From an uncultured Verrucomicrobia subdivision 3 bacterium (GTDB taxonomy: Bacteria; Verrucomicrobiota; Verrucomicrobiia; Limisphaerales; UBA11358), in contig CAIMLG010000105.1 of the NCBI GenBank assembly GCA_903842235.1, positions 1,621-65,620 of the forward strand: a stretch of DNA of 64,000 bases. The letters are read 5' to 3'. The notes beneath the pieces were generated by a model, which did no database searches, had not been told where the DNA came from, and saw nothing but the letters and a program-made list of their open reading frames with translations. Numbering within the stretch: position 1 is the stretch's first letter; every line of letters begins with the position of its first letter. Made by a program: the position numbers and the translations under genes. Below are positions 49,202 through 60,267 of the stretch, piece by piece.

Positions 49202-49801
49202 ATGGCTATTGGAAAAACTGGCCCCGTGAACGAGCTGTTTGCCGCCGCCATCCGTCGCTTTGACGAAGAAAATTGCCGCGACCCCAACCGCGAAAATGGC
49301 CAGCCACGCGAGCGGCTTTATGCCGAGCGGCTGACGAACTGGGTGCGGAAATTGTGTCCCACCGCCTCCGAACCGCTCCGGCTGGCCGCGCGCTGCCAGC
49401 ATATCTGCCGCTGGGAAAGCCCGCGCGAAAACTATCCCGCCACCCGCGCCGGCTATTTGAAATGGCGGGCTGACTTAAAAAAGTTCCACGCGGAAAAATC
49501 CAGCCAGATCCTCCGGGAGGTCGGCTACGACGAGGCAACCCTTCACCGCGTGCAAGCGCTCAACCTGAAACAGAATTTCCCCGCCGATCCCGAAGTGCGC
49601 GTGCTGGAAGACGCGCTGTGCCTTGTCTTTCTGGAATTTCAGTTCACCCCGCTTGCCGCCAAGAGCGACGATGAGAAAATGGTCAACGCCGTCCGCAAAT
49701 CCTGGGAGAAAATGACCGAAGCCGCCCGCGCGGAAGCCTTAAAACTGCCCTTCGGCGAGCGGGAAAAAATGCTGATTGCCCGCGCCCTCAGTGGTAAGTG
49801 A
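49202..49801 (+). CDS. DUF4202 domain protein
   Basis: 199 aa with LAARCQHICRWESPRENYPATRAGYLKWRADLKKFHA and VLEDALCLVFLEFQF, which match my recollection of DUF4202. Confidence 0.7.
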   Translation: MAIGKTGPVNELFAAAIRRFDEENCRDPNRENGQPRERLYAERLTNWVRKLCPTASEPLRLAARCQHICRWESPRENYPATRAGYLKWRADLKKFHAEKSSQILREVGYDEATLHRVQALNLKQNFPADPEVRVLEDALCLVFLEFQFTPLAAKSDDEKMVNAVRKSWEKMTEAARAEALKLPFGEREKMLIARALSGK

Positions 49802-49827
49802 ACACCACCATTAGACCACGCTGGAAA

Positions 49828-50430
49828 TTAGCGCGCCATTGATCCCGCTTCCGGCTGGAGCAAACTCACAGCATCTTCCGCCCGCAAGTTGGGCAAAAAA
49901 CGCACCTGGCCCCGCGCATTAAAATACGCGCTGGCCTGCTGCCGGAAACCGGATTCGCGGCAGAAATCCTGGAAGTCCAGCACGGACAGGAAATGCAGGT
50001 TGCGGGTGCGATACCACGGCGTCGGCAGGGAGCGAGTGATCGGGGTGCGGCCGGAGGTTAAAATCTGCAAGCGCACGCGGATGTGGGCAAAGTTGGAGTG
50101 CGCCACCACCACCTGCCGCCCCACCCGAAAGGCTTCCCGGATGATTTCGCTCGGGGCCACCAGTTCCTGAAACGTGCCCAGCAGCAGCACATAATCAAAT
50201 GCGCCGTCGCCGTATTGATCCAGCCCGTCGGCGATATTGCCCTGATGCACCACCAGGCCGCGCTGCACGCATTTGGCCACGGAGGAGGCGTCCAGTTCCA
50301 CGCCTTCGCCGGAAACGTGGCGGGTTTTGACGAGTTGCTCAAGGAAGGCGCCGTCGCCGGTGCCCAGGTCGAGCACGCGGGATTTTTCGGGAATCCAGTT
50401 CGCCACCGTTGCGTAAATGCCGGGATGCAT
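49828..50430 (-). CDS. metW: Methionine biosynthesis protein MetW
   Basis: VLDLGTGDGAFL...GVELD...FDYVLLLGTFQE...VVAHSNFAHIRVRL....GRTP.T..LP.PWY.T.N.HF. The gene sits 3 nt downstream of metX. Confidence 0.9.
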   Translation of the reverse strand: MHPGIYATVANWIPEKSRVLDLGTGDGAFLEQLVKTRHVSGEGVELDASSVAKCVQRGLVVHQGNIADGLDQYGDGAFDYVLLLGTFQELVAPSEIIREAFRVGRQVVVAHSNFAHIRVRLQILTSGRTPITRSLPTPWYRTRNLHFLSVLDFQDFCRESGFRQQASAYFNARGQVRFLPNLRAEDAVSLLQPEAGSMAR

Positions 50431-50433
50431 GAT

Positions 50434-51645
50434 TTATTTCGCCGCCGTTTCCAATCGGCCGGCGGGGGGATGATGCAGGCCATGCTGCCGCCCGTGTTCC
50501 AGATAATCGCGGATGAGGTTGGCAAAGGGCGGATTCTCGATCAGGAACGAGTCATGGCCGTAATCGGTGTCCAGATTGACGTAGGTGACGGGGATGTTGG
50601 CGCGCTTAAGCAGGCGGACGAGCTCGCGCGACTGCACCGGCGGATAGAGCCAGTCCGATGAAAAGGAAACCACCAGAAAGCGGGCGCGAATGCGCTTGAG
50701 CATCGCGTCCGGCGGCTGACTTTCAAAGAGGTCGAACCGGTCCAGCGCGCGGGTCAGGTAAAGATAGGAATTGGGATCGAAGCGTTTGACGAAACTTTCG
50801 CCCTGATGGTGCAGGTAGCTCTCGATGGAGAACTGATCCTTGTGGGCCGCCGTGGCTTCGGCCTGGCGCTGGCGGCCGAACTTGTGCGTCATGGAGAATT
50901 CGCTCAAGTAAGTGACGTGGCCCACCATCCGCGCCACGGAGAGACCATGCGCCGGCGGGTGCGCCTCGGAATAATTGCCGCCATGCCAGTTGGGGTCGGA
51001 GAGAATGGCGTGCCGGCCGATTTCATTGAAGGCAATTTGCATCGCGCCATGGCTCGGACAGGTGGCAATGGGCACGCAGTGCTGCAACCGCTCCGGAAAA
51101 TCCGTGGCCCAGGCCAGCGCCTGCATGCCGCCCATGGACCCGCCGATAACGGCCAATATTTTCGCAATGCCCAAGTGCGCCACCAGTTTTGCCTGCACCG
51201 CCACCATGTCGCGCACGGTCACGGAGGGAAATGCCATGCCGTAAGGTTTGCCCGTCTTCGGATTGATGGAAGCCGGGCCGGTGGTGCCGCTGCAGCCGCC
51301 CAGCACATTGGCGCAGATGACGAAGAATTTATCCGTGTCAATCGCCTTGCCGGGGCCCACGTGAAAATCCCACCAGCCGGGGCGCTGGGTGTCCGGATGG
51401 AGGCCCGCCACATGCGCGCTGCCGGACAGGGCGTGGCAGACGAGGATGGCGTTATCGCGCGCCGCTGCGAGCTTACCCAACGTGAGATAGCTCACGTCCA
51501 CCGCCTCAAACGTGAAACCGGATTGCGTGCGGAAGCCCGGCAGCGAAACGGTCTGCGGCCGGGTGACGCCCAAGGCCGACTGATAACCAGCGACTTTCTG
51601 GTCCTGCAAATCGCCTTGGGCAAAACTTTTGGAAGCGGCGGGCAT
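50434..51645 (-). CDS. metX: Homoserine O-acetyltransferase
   Basis: ILVCHALSGSAHVAG, WWDFHVGPGKAIDTDKFFVICANVLGGCSGTTGP, and the nucleophile motif GGSMGGMQAL. Confidence 0.93.
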   Translation of the reverse strand: MPAASKSFAQGDLQDQKVAGYQSALGVTRPQTVSLPGFRTQSGFTFEAVDVSYLTLGKLAAARDNAILVCHALSGSAHVAGLHPDTQRPGWWDFHVGPGKAIDTDKFFVICANVLGGCSGTTGPASINPKTGKPYGMAFPSVTVRDMVAVQAKLVAHLGIAKILAVIGGSMGGMQALAWATDFPERLQHCVPIATCPSHGAMQIAFNEIGRHAILSDPNWHGGNYSEAHPPAHGLSVARMVGHVTYLSEFSMTHKFGRQRQAEATAAHKDQFSIESYLHHQGESFVKRFDPNSYLYLTRALDRFDLFESQPPDAMLKRIRARFLVVSFSSDWLYPPVQSRELVRLLKRANIPVTYVNLDTDYGHDSFLIENPPFANLIRDYLEHGRQHGLHHPPAGRLETAAK

Positions 51646-51648
51646 TGC

Positions 51649-53040
<1,392 letters not shown>

Positions 53041-54567
53041 TCACTGCCACGCCAAATCCACGATCACCGGTGCCCACGAAAGATGCTGCACCACGCGTTG
53101 GAGCGCGGGGATGGAATCCGGCGTCCGCATTTCCGCCAGATCCCGCACGCGGACTGTCACCGGCACCGGCGACTGGCGCAGGCGCTCCAGCAGCGGGGCC
53201 ATGAAGCGGTAATAATCAAACTGCGTCAGCACCAGCTTGGACGGGCGGAGCCGTTGCAGCGCCGTCACATCGGTATCGGCGGTGGCCGTGGCGTGATTGT
53301 AAAACCAGTCCGTATGCACCGGATGCTGCACGCCCTGCCCCAGCGCGGCGTATAAATAGGCCGAGGAAAGAATAACCACCGCATTAGTCTGCGTGTAAGG
53401 GGCCAGTTCCGCTCGCAACGTGGCCTGCGTGCGCCCGTAACTATTCTGCCAGGCGCACGCCACGCCCCACGTCGTCAGGCCCACGGCGCGGACCGAGACG
53501 ATGAGCAGGCAGCCCACCAGCGCCCCGGTCACCATCCGTTGCCCGGCTGGCCAAAAGCGTTCCACCAGCCCCAGCAGCCCCGCCGCCAGGATCACTTGCA
53601 CGAACTGCACATACGAAACATAGTCCGGCGCCACCACCGTCATCGCCGCCAGCAACATGCCCAGCCCCACCAAGAACCCACCAACCAGCAGCGCCAGCCC
53701 CGGTTCGCCCCACCCGGCGCGGCAGCGACGGATCAGAATGGGGAACAACGCCACCGCCAGCAAAAACACCGGCGCCGTGCGCAGCAGCTTGAGAAAATCC
53801 AACCCGTGCGGCAGCCGCAGCCCCTGGGCGCGAATGGGCGTTTGCTGCGAATTCTCCAAAAATCCCTGCCACCACAGCGGCTCCAGCAGAATGATGCCCA
53901 CCGTCACCGCCGCGAACAATCCCGCCGCGGCGAAGAAGGGCGCAAAGGAACTCGTTTTCCGCTGCGTCCCCCACACCAGGGCCGCCGTCAGGAAACCCGC
54001 GCCAAAATAAAACGCGCCGAGAATCACGGAGGTGTAGAGCAGGCCCCACAGGACCAGCGTCAGCGCGACCAGTGTTTTCCCGCCGCCGCGCCCGGTGCTC
54101 AGGCGCGCCACCAGATACAGCGAGCCCAAGCCGAGCGTGTGGCCCAAATCATCCGGCCGGTCGCCAAACGTGATGCCCATCAGCAGCAGGACCGCCAGCG
54201 CATAGTTCGTCGCCGCCGGAAACAGTTGGCGCACGATCGCCAGCGTCAGAAACCCCGAGCTGGCGAACAGCGCCAGATGCAGCGCCATCGCGGCGAGCAC
54301 ACTGGTGCCAAACAGCGTCATCCAGCCCAGCAGCACCGCCTGATACAGCGGCGGATAAGCCGAATACACCTGCGTGCCGGAAATTGGCAGCACCTCGGCG
54401 GCGGCGGGATTCACATAGTGGCCGTGCTGGAGATAGTTCACCACTGCGCCATCGAAGAAAAATGCATCGTTGGCCGGAATCGGCTGGGCGGTAAAGAGGA
54501 ACAGCGCCAAGCGCCACGCCAGCACCAGGCCCAGGAGGAAAAACGGGTTACGCAGACTGAATTTCAC
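53041..54567 (-). CDS. Polytopic membrane protein, GT-C (ArnT/PMT)-like glycosyltransferase candidate
   Basis: 508 aa with ~11 hydrophobic segments. There is an acidic first-loop motif (ANDAFFFDG) and a soluble C-terminal ~100 aa. The family assignment is tentative. Confidence 0.6.
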   Translation of the reverse strand: MKFSLRNPFFLLGLVLAWRLALFLFTAQPIPANDAFFFDGAVVNYLQHGHYVNPAAAEVLPISGTQVYSAYPPLYQAVLLGWMTLFGTSVLAAMALHLALFASSGFLTLAIVRQLFPAATNYALAVLLLMGITFGDRPDDLGHTLGLGSLYLVARLSTGRGGGKTLVALTLVLWGLLYTSVILGAFYFGAGFLTAALVWGTQRKTSSFAPFFAAAGLFAAVTVGIILLEPLWWQGFLENSQQTPIRAQGLRLPHGLDFLKLLRTAPVFLLAVALFPILIRRCRAGWGEPGLALLVGGFLVGLGMLLAAMTVVAPDYVSYVQFVQVILAAGLLGLVERFWPAGQRMVTGALVGCLLIVSVRAVGLTTWGVACAWQNSYGRTQATLRAELAPYTQTNAVVILSSAYLYAALGQGVQHPVHTDWFYNHATATADTDVTALQRLRPSKLVLTQFDYYRFMAPLLERLRQSPVPVTVRVRDLAEMRTPDSIPALQRVVQHLSWAPVIVDLAWQ

Positions 54568-54626
54568 CTCGCCAGCGTAGTAGAAGACTTGCCAGCGGCC
54601 AACTCAATCCGCAGCATACTGGCGAC

Positions 54627-56846
54627 ATGGAAGACACCCGACCTGTCCCGCTGATTGTGGACCTTGATGGCACGCTGATTCGCACCGACATGATGTGGGA
54701 ATCCATGGCGCGCCGGCTGCGGCGCAATCCGCTGGCCCTTTTTCAAATCCTGTTTTGGTGGACGCGCGGGCGGGCGTATTTAAAACAGCAACTGGCGGCG
54801 CGGGTGCAGGTGGATTCCGCCACCCTGTCCTACAATGAAAAGTTCCTCGCCTGGCTGCGCACGGAGCAAGCCGCCGGGCGCAAAATCATTCTCGCCACCG
54901 CGTCGGACGTGAAGATGGCCAAGCCGATTGCCGACCATGTGGGGCTGTTCGATGAAGTCATGGCCAGCAACGGGCAGATCAACCTGCGCAGCGAAAACAA
55001 GCTCAAGGCGCTGACGGAAAAGTTCGGGCCGCGCGGCTTTGATTACGCCGGCAATTCCACCGCCGATTACGCCGTCTGGCGTGGGTCGCGGCAGGCGGTG
55101 GTGGTCAACGCCAGCCCCCGCGTTTTACGCGAGGCGGCGCAGTGCACCACCGTCGGCCCGGTGTTTTGCGATGGATTTTGCGCCACGGCGGTGGCCCGCA
55201 GCGTGGCCACCGAACTCCTCTGGCGCAGCGGCTATCTCCTGGCGCTGATCGCGGGACTGCTGCTGGCGAGCGCGTTTCCCAACTTCAATCTCGCGGGTTT
55301 TGCGTGGATCGCCCCGGCGCTCCTGCTCTTTGCCGCGCGGGGCCAGACTGGCGCTGACGCGTTTCGCGTGGGCTACGTCGGCGGCCTGGTCTTCTGGCTC
55401 GCGTCGCTGGCGTGGCTGTTGAAGATTCCTGTGACCGGCTATCCGATCCTCGGCTGGGTCGCGCTGGCGGCGTATCTCGCCCTCTTTACCGGCGCGTGGC
55501 TGTGGCTGGTTTCCGGTTTCAAGTTTCAAACCTCAAGCTGGGCGGGCCGCCTGCTTTGGGCGCTGGGCGGGGCGGCAGCCTGGGTCGCGCTGGAAATGCT
55601 CCGGGCCCGGCTGTTCGGCGGTTTCCCGTGGAATTTCTTGGGGGGGTCGCAATTCAAGCTCGTGCCGCTCCTCCAGATCGCGGCGATCATGGGGGTTTAT
55701 GGCGTGTCGTTTCTCGTGGCGTGGTTTGCGCTCGCGCTGTTTGCGGCGGTGGCCATGATTTTACGCCATCCCACCCGGCGCCACATCTGGCAGGCGGAAA
55801 TCGTCCTGCCGCTCGTGGCCACGGTGGCCGGCTTCGCGGGCGGAATCTTCGCCCTGCCCCGTGAACGGCCAACGGAAAAAGTCTTGCGCGTGACGCTCAT
55901 TCAACCGAGCGTTCCGCAGTCGCTCATCTGGAGTTCCAGCGCGGATGAACAGCGCTTTCAGGAATTACTCCAGCGCAGCCAGTTGGCGCTCACGAACCCA
56001 ACCGACTTGCTCGTCTGGCCGGAATCCGCCGTGCCGGGGCTGGATGCCGCCACCTATCGCAGCGTGGTCCAGTTTGCACAGTCGAACCGCGTGTGGATTC
56101 TCTTCAACGGCGACGATGTGAAGGTGAGCCCGACCGCAACGAACTGGTTTAATTCCGCGCTGCTGATGAATCCCGACGGTCAATTGGCGGACATTTACCA
56201 CAAACGCCAGCTCGTCATCTTCGGCGAATACGTGCCGCTCACGCGCTGGCTGCCATTTCTGAAATGGCTCACACCCATCGAAGGCGGCTGGACGCCGGGC
56301 GACCGGCCGGGACGATTTGAGATGACGCGGCGGGGCGAGCCGCCCCGCGAACCGCGGATGGAATTCACCAACGCCGCGCCGGCAGCGGACTCCCAACTGC
56401 CCCCGGTGAGCTTCGCCCCGCTCATCTGCTTTGAGGATGTATTTGCCGGCACCGTGCGCGCGGCGACGGAGGACGACACGGATTTCCTGATCGACCTCAC
56501 GAACGACGGCTGGTTCGGCGACAGCGCGGCGCAATGGCAACACACGGCAGCGGCCGTCTTCCGCGCCATCGAGAATGGCCGCCCGCTCGTCCGCTGCGCC
56601 AACAACGGCGTGACGGGCTGGATTGATGCCCATGGCCGCTTGCGGGAAATCTTCACGGACGCCACGGGCAATGTCCACGGCGCCGGCGCGCTGACGGTGG
56701 AAATTCCCTTGCGGCCCGCGAGCGAAAAACCCGGGCCGACGTTTTACCGCCGGCATGGCGACTGGTTTGGCGGGGCCTGCGCGGGCATCACGATTTTGTG
56801 GCTGGGCCGCCGGCTGCTTCGGCCCGCCCGCCGGCGGGAGGCCTAG
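54627..56846 (+). CDS. lnt: HAD-like hydrolase domain fused to apolipoprotein N-acyltransferase
   Basis: HAD motif I is VDLDGTLIRTD, followed by ILATASD. The Lnt membrane domain comes next, then a CN-hydrolase domain with the E-K-C triad contexts LVWPESAVP, YHKRQLVIFGEYVP and PLICFEDVF. Confidence 0.88.
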   Translation: MEDTRPVPLIVDLDGTLIRTDMMWESMARRLRRNPLALFQILFWWTRGRAYLKQQLAARVQVDSATLSYNEKFLAWLRTEQAAGRKIILATASDVKMAKPIADHVGLFDEVMASNGQINLRSENKLKALTEKFGPRGFDYAGNSTADYAVWRGSRQAVVVNASPRVLREAAQCTTVGPVFCDGFCATAVARSVATELLWRSGYLLALIAGLLLASAFPNFNLAGFAWIAPALLLFAARGQTGADAFRVGYVGGLVFWLASLAWLLKIPVTGYPILGWVALAAYLALFTGAWLWLVSGFKFQTSSWAGRLLWALGGAAAWVALEMLRARLFGGFPWNFLGGSQFKLVPLLQIAAIMGVYGVSFLVAWFALALFAAVAMILRHPTRRHIWQAEIVLPLVATVAGFAGGIFALPRERPTEKVLRVTLIQPSVPQSLIWSSSADEQRFQELLQRSQLALTNPTDLLVWPESAVPGLDAATYRSVVQFAQSNRVWILFNGDDVKVSPTATNWFNSALLMNPDGQLADIYHKRQLVIFGEYVPLTRWLPFLKWLTPIEGGWTPGDRPGRFEMTRRGEPPREPRMEFTNAAPAADSQLPPVSFAPLICFEDVFAGTVRAATEDDTDFLIDLTNDGWFGDSAAQWQHTAAAVFRAIENGRPLVRCANNGVTGWIDAHGRLREIFTDATGNVHGAGALTVEIPLRPASEKPGPTFYRRHGDWFGGACAGITILWLGRRLLRPARRREA

Positions 56847-57937
56847 AGTTTGATGGCTTTACCCGTCTTCGCCGACTGGTGCGCGGCGTCCAGAATTTCC
56901 ACCACGGTCACATTCACATCCAAGGCACCAAGGCCGGCGGGCTTGATTTCCTTCCGCACCACGGCGGCAAAATAGGCCACCGGGTCGGCGTTGACGCCGG
57001 TCAGCGCCGGCGGGACGATCTCGGTTTCCTTGGGCACCGCCGCCGTCCGCACGCGCACCACGTCCCCGCGCGGCACCAGCACCTGGCCGGTTTGACCGTA
57101 GATTTCCATGTCCTTGCGATCCATGGCCCAGTTCCACGATGGCATTAAAACCACCTGCGCCTGCGGATATGTCAGCACGATGGTGGCGTCATCCTCCACC
57201 TTCGGATACACGTCCGGCTTAAACTGCGAGGCGACGGCAAACACGGACACCGGCTTTTTGCCATCCATGAACCACGTCGCCAGATCCGCGCCGTAACAGC
57301 CAAAATCGTTGATCGCGCCGCCGCCGTTCAGGACCGGATCCGTGAGCCAGGCGAGAAAATTGGTGGAGCAGCCAATCTCCTTGGGCCCGCGATGGCCATG
57401 ATGAAAAACCATTTTGCGAATGTCGCCGATTTGATGCTCGTCATGCACCAGGGCAAACGCCGCGTGATTGCCGGGATACCAGCTCGTCTCGTAATTGACG
57501 AAAACCTGGATGCCGCTCTTTTGGGCGGCGGCGGCGATGGCCCGGGCCTGTTTGAGATTCGCGGCGAGGGGCTTTTCCATCATCACGTCCACGCCTTGTT
57601 TGGCGCAGGCTTCCACCACGCGCAGATGATCGAAGGTGGAAGTGAACGTCGCCACCGCCTGGGGGTGCGCCCCGGCAAACAGCGCATCCAGACTGGGGTA
57701 GAATAAATTCGTCGCGAGGTGATACCGCTGGGTATAGCGCGCGATCAAATCCTGATTAGTCTCCACGATGCCGACCAATTGCACGTCGCACCGACCCGTG
57801 ACTCGGGGCAGGAAACCCAGCGCATGATCGTGGTTCAAACCCACCAACGCCAGCCGAACGGGCGGCTTGGTTTCCTGGGCGAAATGGGTTGGCGCCCCGG
57901 CGACCAGGCCGAGACAGACAAGCAGGATGGTTTTCAT
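56843..57937 (-). CDS. Gfo/Idh/MocA family oxidoreductase, Sec signal
   Basis: Signal peptide MKTILLVCLGLVAGAPTHFAQE. Rossmann N-terminus VRLALVGLNHDH, plus DVMMEKPLA (EKP motif). Confidence 0.9.
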   Translation of the reverse strand: MKTILLVCLGLVAGAPTHFAQETKPPVRLALVGLNHDHALGFLPRVTGRCDVQLVGIVETNQDLIARYTQRYHLATNLFYPSLDALFAGAHPQAVATFTSTFDHLRVVEACAKQGVDVMMEKPLAANLKQARAIAAAAQKSGIQVFVNYETSWYPGNHAAFALVHDEHQIGDIRKMVFHHGHRGPKEIGCSTNFLAWLTDPVLNGGGAINDFGCYGADLATWFMDGKKPVSVFAVASQFKPDVYPKVEDDATIVLTYPQAQVVLMPSWNWAMDRKDMEIYGQTGQVLVPRGDVVRVRTAAVPKETEIVPPALTGVNADPVAYFAAVVRKEIKPAGLGALDVNVTVVEILDAAHQSAKTGKAIKL

Positions 57938-58068
57938 GGATTGATGTAATGGTGCGAATTCGGCTTATTTCACGCCGAATTCCGGAGCAAGTCAAGCCAC
58001 GGTCGCCCCACCAGCCCCGCCAACAATTTCGTGCGTTGCCGCGCCCGCTTTGCTAGCGTCTGCGTCCT

Positions 58069-59181
58069 ATGCGAGTTTTGATTGCGACAGTGACGTGCGG
58101 CGCGGGGCATCTGGCGGCGGGCGCGGCTTTGGAGGAAGCTTGGCGCGTGGCGCATCCCGACGATGTCGTGGAGAAGATTGACCTGCTAAAACTCTTTTCG
58201 CCGCTGCATCGGAAGATTTATTTGGACGGCTACGTCAAGCTCATCGAACGAGCGCCGGAACTCTGGGGCTTGGTCTTCGCCAAATCGGACAATCCCAAGC
58301 TGCTCCGGCGGATGAAACTGCTCCAGCGCAAATTCCCCAGCGGTTCCAAGCAGCGTTTCGCGAAGCATGTAAAACAGTTCAATCCGGACGTCGTGCTCTG
58401 CACCCATTATCTACCACTCGAAACCCTGACGCCGATGCGGGAAAAAGCAGATGGCAAGAGTCCGTTCGTCGCCTGCATTGTGACCGATTTCGAGGCGCAC
58501 GCACTGTGGATGGAAGCCTGCGTGGACTTATATTGCGTGGCGGCGGAAGAGACCAAGGCCCGGCTGGTGGCCCGCGGGGCGGCCCCGGAAAACATCGTGG
58601 CCACCGGCATTCCCATCGCGGCAAAATTCTCGTCCAAGCCGGATGCGAAAGTCGCCCGCAAACAATACGGCCTGCGCGACGACCTGCCGACCTTGCTCGT
58701 CTTAAGCGGCGGTTTCGGCATGGGACCGGTGGCGGAAATCCTGATGGAACTCGATAAAACTTCAACGTCCTTCCAGACGCTCGTTGTCACCGGGCGGAAC
58801 GAGGAATTGCGCCGCAAGCTGGCTGCGCAGGATCGCAAGCACCCGACGCACGTCCTCGGGTTCTCGACGAACATGCACGAGCTCATGGCGGTGGCCGACC
58901 TCATCATCACCAAGCCCGGCGGCCTCACGACGTCCGAGGCGCTCGCGCTTGGCAAGCCGCTGTTCATCTTGAATCCCATTCCCGGCCAGGAAGCGGCCAA
59001 CAGCGATTTCCTCCTCGAACACGGCGCGGCGGCCAAGGCCAACCGCGTCGAAGATCTGCCTTATCGCGTCGAGCAACTGCTCGGCTCCAAGAAATTGGGC
59101 GAGATGGGCAAGCTGGCGAAATCCCTGGGCCGGGCGAACGCGGCGCAAGCTATCTGCCGGGAAGTTTTGGCGCGCGTTTAG
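58069..59181 (+). CDS. MGDG-synthase-like / GT28 glycosyltransferase (diacylglycerol glycosyltransferase candidate)
   Basis: N-terminal MRVLIATVTCGAGHLAAGAALEEA. The C-terminal GT-B motif is ITKPGGLTTSEALALGKPLFILNPIPGQEAANSDFL. Confidence 0.88.
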   Translation: MRVLIATVTCGAGHLAAGAALEEAWRVAHPDDVVEKIDLLKLFSPLHRKIYLDGYVKLIERAPELWGLVFAKSDNPKLLRRMKLLQRKFPSGSKQRFAKHVKQFNPDVVLCTHYLPLETLTPMREKADGKSPFVACIVTDFEAHALWMEACVDLYCVAAEETKARLVARGAAPENIVATGIPIAAKFSSKPDAKVARKQYGLRDDLPTLLVLSGGFGMGPVAEILMELDKTSTSFQTLVVTGRNEELRRKLAAQDRKHPTHVLGFSTNMHELMAVADLIITKPGGLTTSEALALGKPLFILNPIPGQEAANSDFLLEHGAAAKANRVEDLPYRVEQLLGSKKLGEMGKLAKSLGRANAAQAICREVLARV

Positions 59182-59433
59182 CGTGAAGGTGATTCCTGAA
59201 GAAGGTGGCGTCGGCCATCTTGGCTGACGTAGAGCTGGCGCGTCCCGCCCGGCGGCAAAAGCGTCGCCGTGCGATCAGCTTGGTAAAATGGAGCGTTTCC
59301 GCCCAGAGAATGGTTTTTCCGGACGGCAAGATGCCGACCTTTACGGCCGTCGGGACGCCCGCCGCCACATTTTTAAACCAGTTCTGAGGGGATTCCTGAT
59401 AAGCAAGCGGGATGGACGACCCGGCACTGTAGC

Positions 59434-59536
59434 GCAGAGTTGCAATCTGCTGTATCGCCGAATTGCATTCGGCGGGGCGTCCGATGCTGCCAAACCCGTT
59501 CGAATTGGCGAAACTCCACGCAGGTTGCAAACCTGC
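59434..59536. repeat. Cluster of three TTGCA-centred palindromes
   Basis: GCAGAgttgcaaTCTGC (59434-59450), CCGAATtgcATTCGG (59458-59472) and GCAGGTTgcaAACCTGC (59520-59536). Confidence 0.8.
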
Positions 59537-59590
59537 TGCGCGCACCATCTCTCAATCTTCGATAGAATTTGCCGCGCCGAGCCAAGGGGC

Positions 59591-59610
59591 CACCCACCTC
59601 CTCCAAGCCG
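59591..59610. repeat. 20-bp direct repeat CACCCACCTCCTCCAAGCCG (second copy 59965-59984)
   Basis: Read directly from the sequence. Both copies are followed by a related TTCACCCCGCC segment. Confidence 0.85.
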
Positions 59611-59640
59611 TCCTCAAAGAAGCCTTCACCCCGCCCAATG

Positions 59641-59835
59641 GAAACGCCAACGGCGTTTCGTCCATCGGCCCAAGGTTGCCGAGTCTGCGAGGCTACCCTG
59701 GGGCACGCGGATTTTCATTTTCCCTAACCCCAACGGGGTTGGGCCTTCCCGTCGTGACAATGCGCCACAACCCCGTTGGGGTTGATAAAATGTGGATTCG
59801 TTTTCCCAGGGTAGCTCGTGCCTCGCAACCCTGGG
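59641..59835. repeat. Nested inverted repeats / hairpin repeat element
   Basis: GAAACGCC-AAC-GGCGTTTC lies at 59641-59659. An 11-bp IR, GCTACCCTGGG (59692-59702) / CCCAGGGTAGC (59805-59815), encloses a perfect 16-bp IR, AACCCCAACGGGGTTG (59726-59741) / CAACCCCGTTGGGGTT (59768-59783). CCCAGGGT/ACCCTGGG lies at 59805-59812/59828-59835. Confidence 0.85.
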
Positions 59836-60267
59836 CTGATGGCCTGAATCCCTTTGGGATTCCTCCCGCTCCCGGCGTTGGCGGAGCAAGCGGTGATCGT
59901 GGCGCGAGTGGAGACGTTGCCGGAGAGCAGCCGCTTGCTGGCGTTGGAGCTGGCGCACCCACGTCACCCACCTCCTCCAAGCCGCATTCACCCCCGCCGC
60001 GTAAGAGCGCGTGCCGTCCTTTCAATCCAACTTTTCCATCTAGGCATAGGAATTCTACAAGGAGCCTTAGCCGGGGTCCGGCAGCGCGGAGCGCCCGCTT
60101 CCCCACCACCTGTTTCCCGGCCAAGGGATCCCTTCAAGTTTCACACACGCCACAGTCGCTTTGGCGTTTGATCGGCGGCATCCACTGGCCGATAACATTC
60201 ATCGGCTTCGACCTTTCGTTTGTCGAATCCATTTTCTTTCAGCGCGCAATTCTGTTTAATTCTCCGC

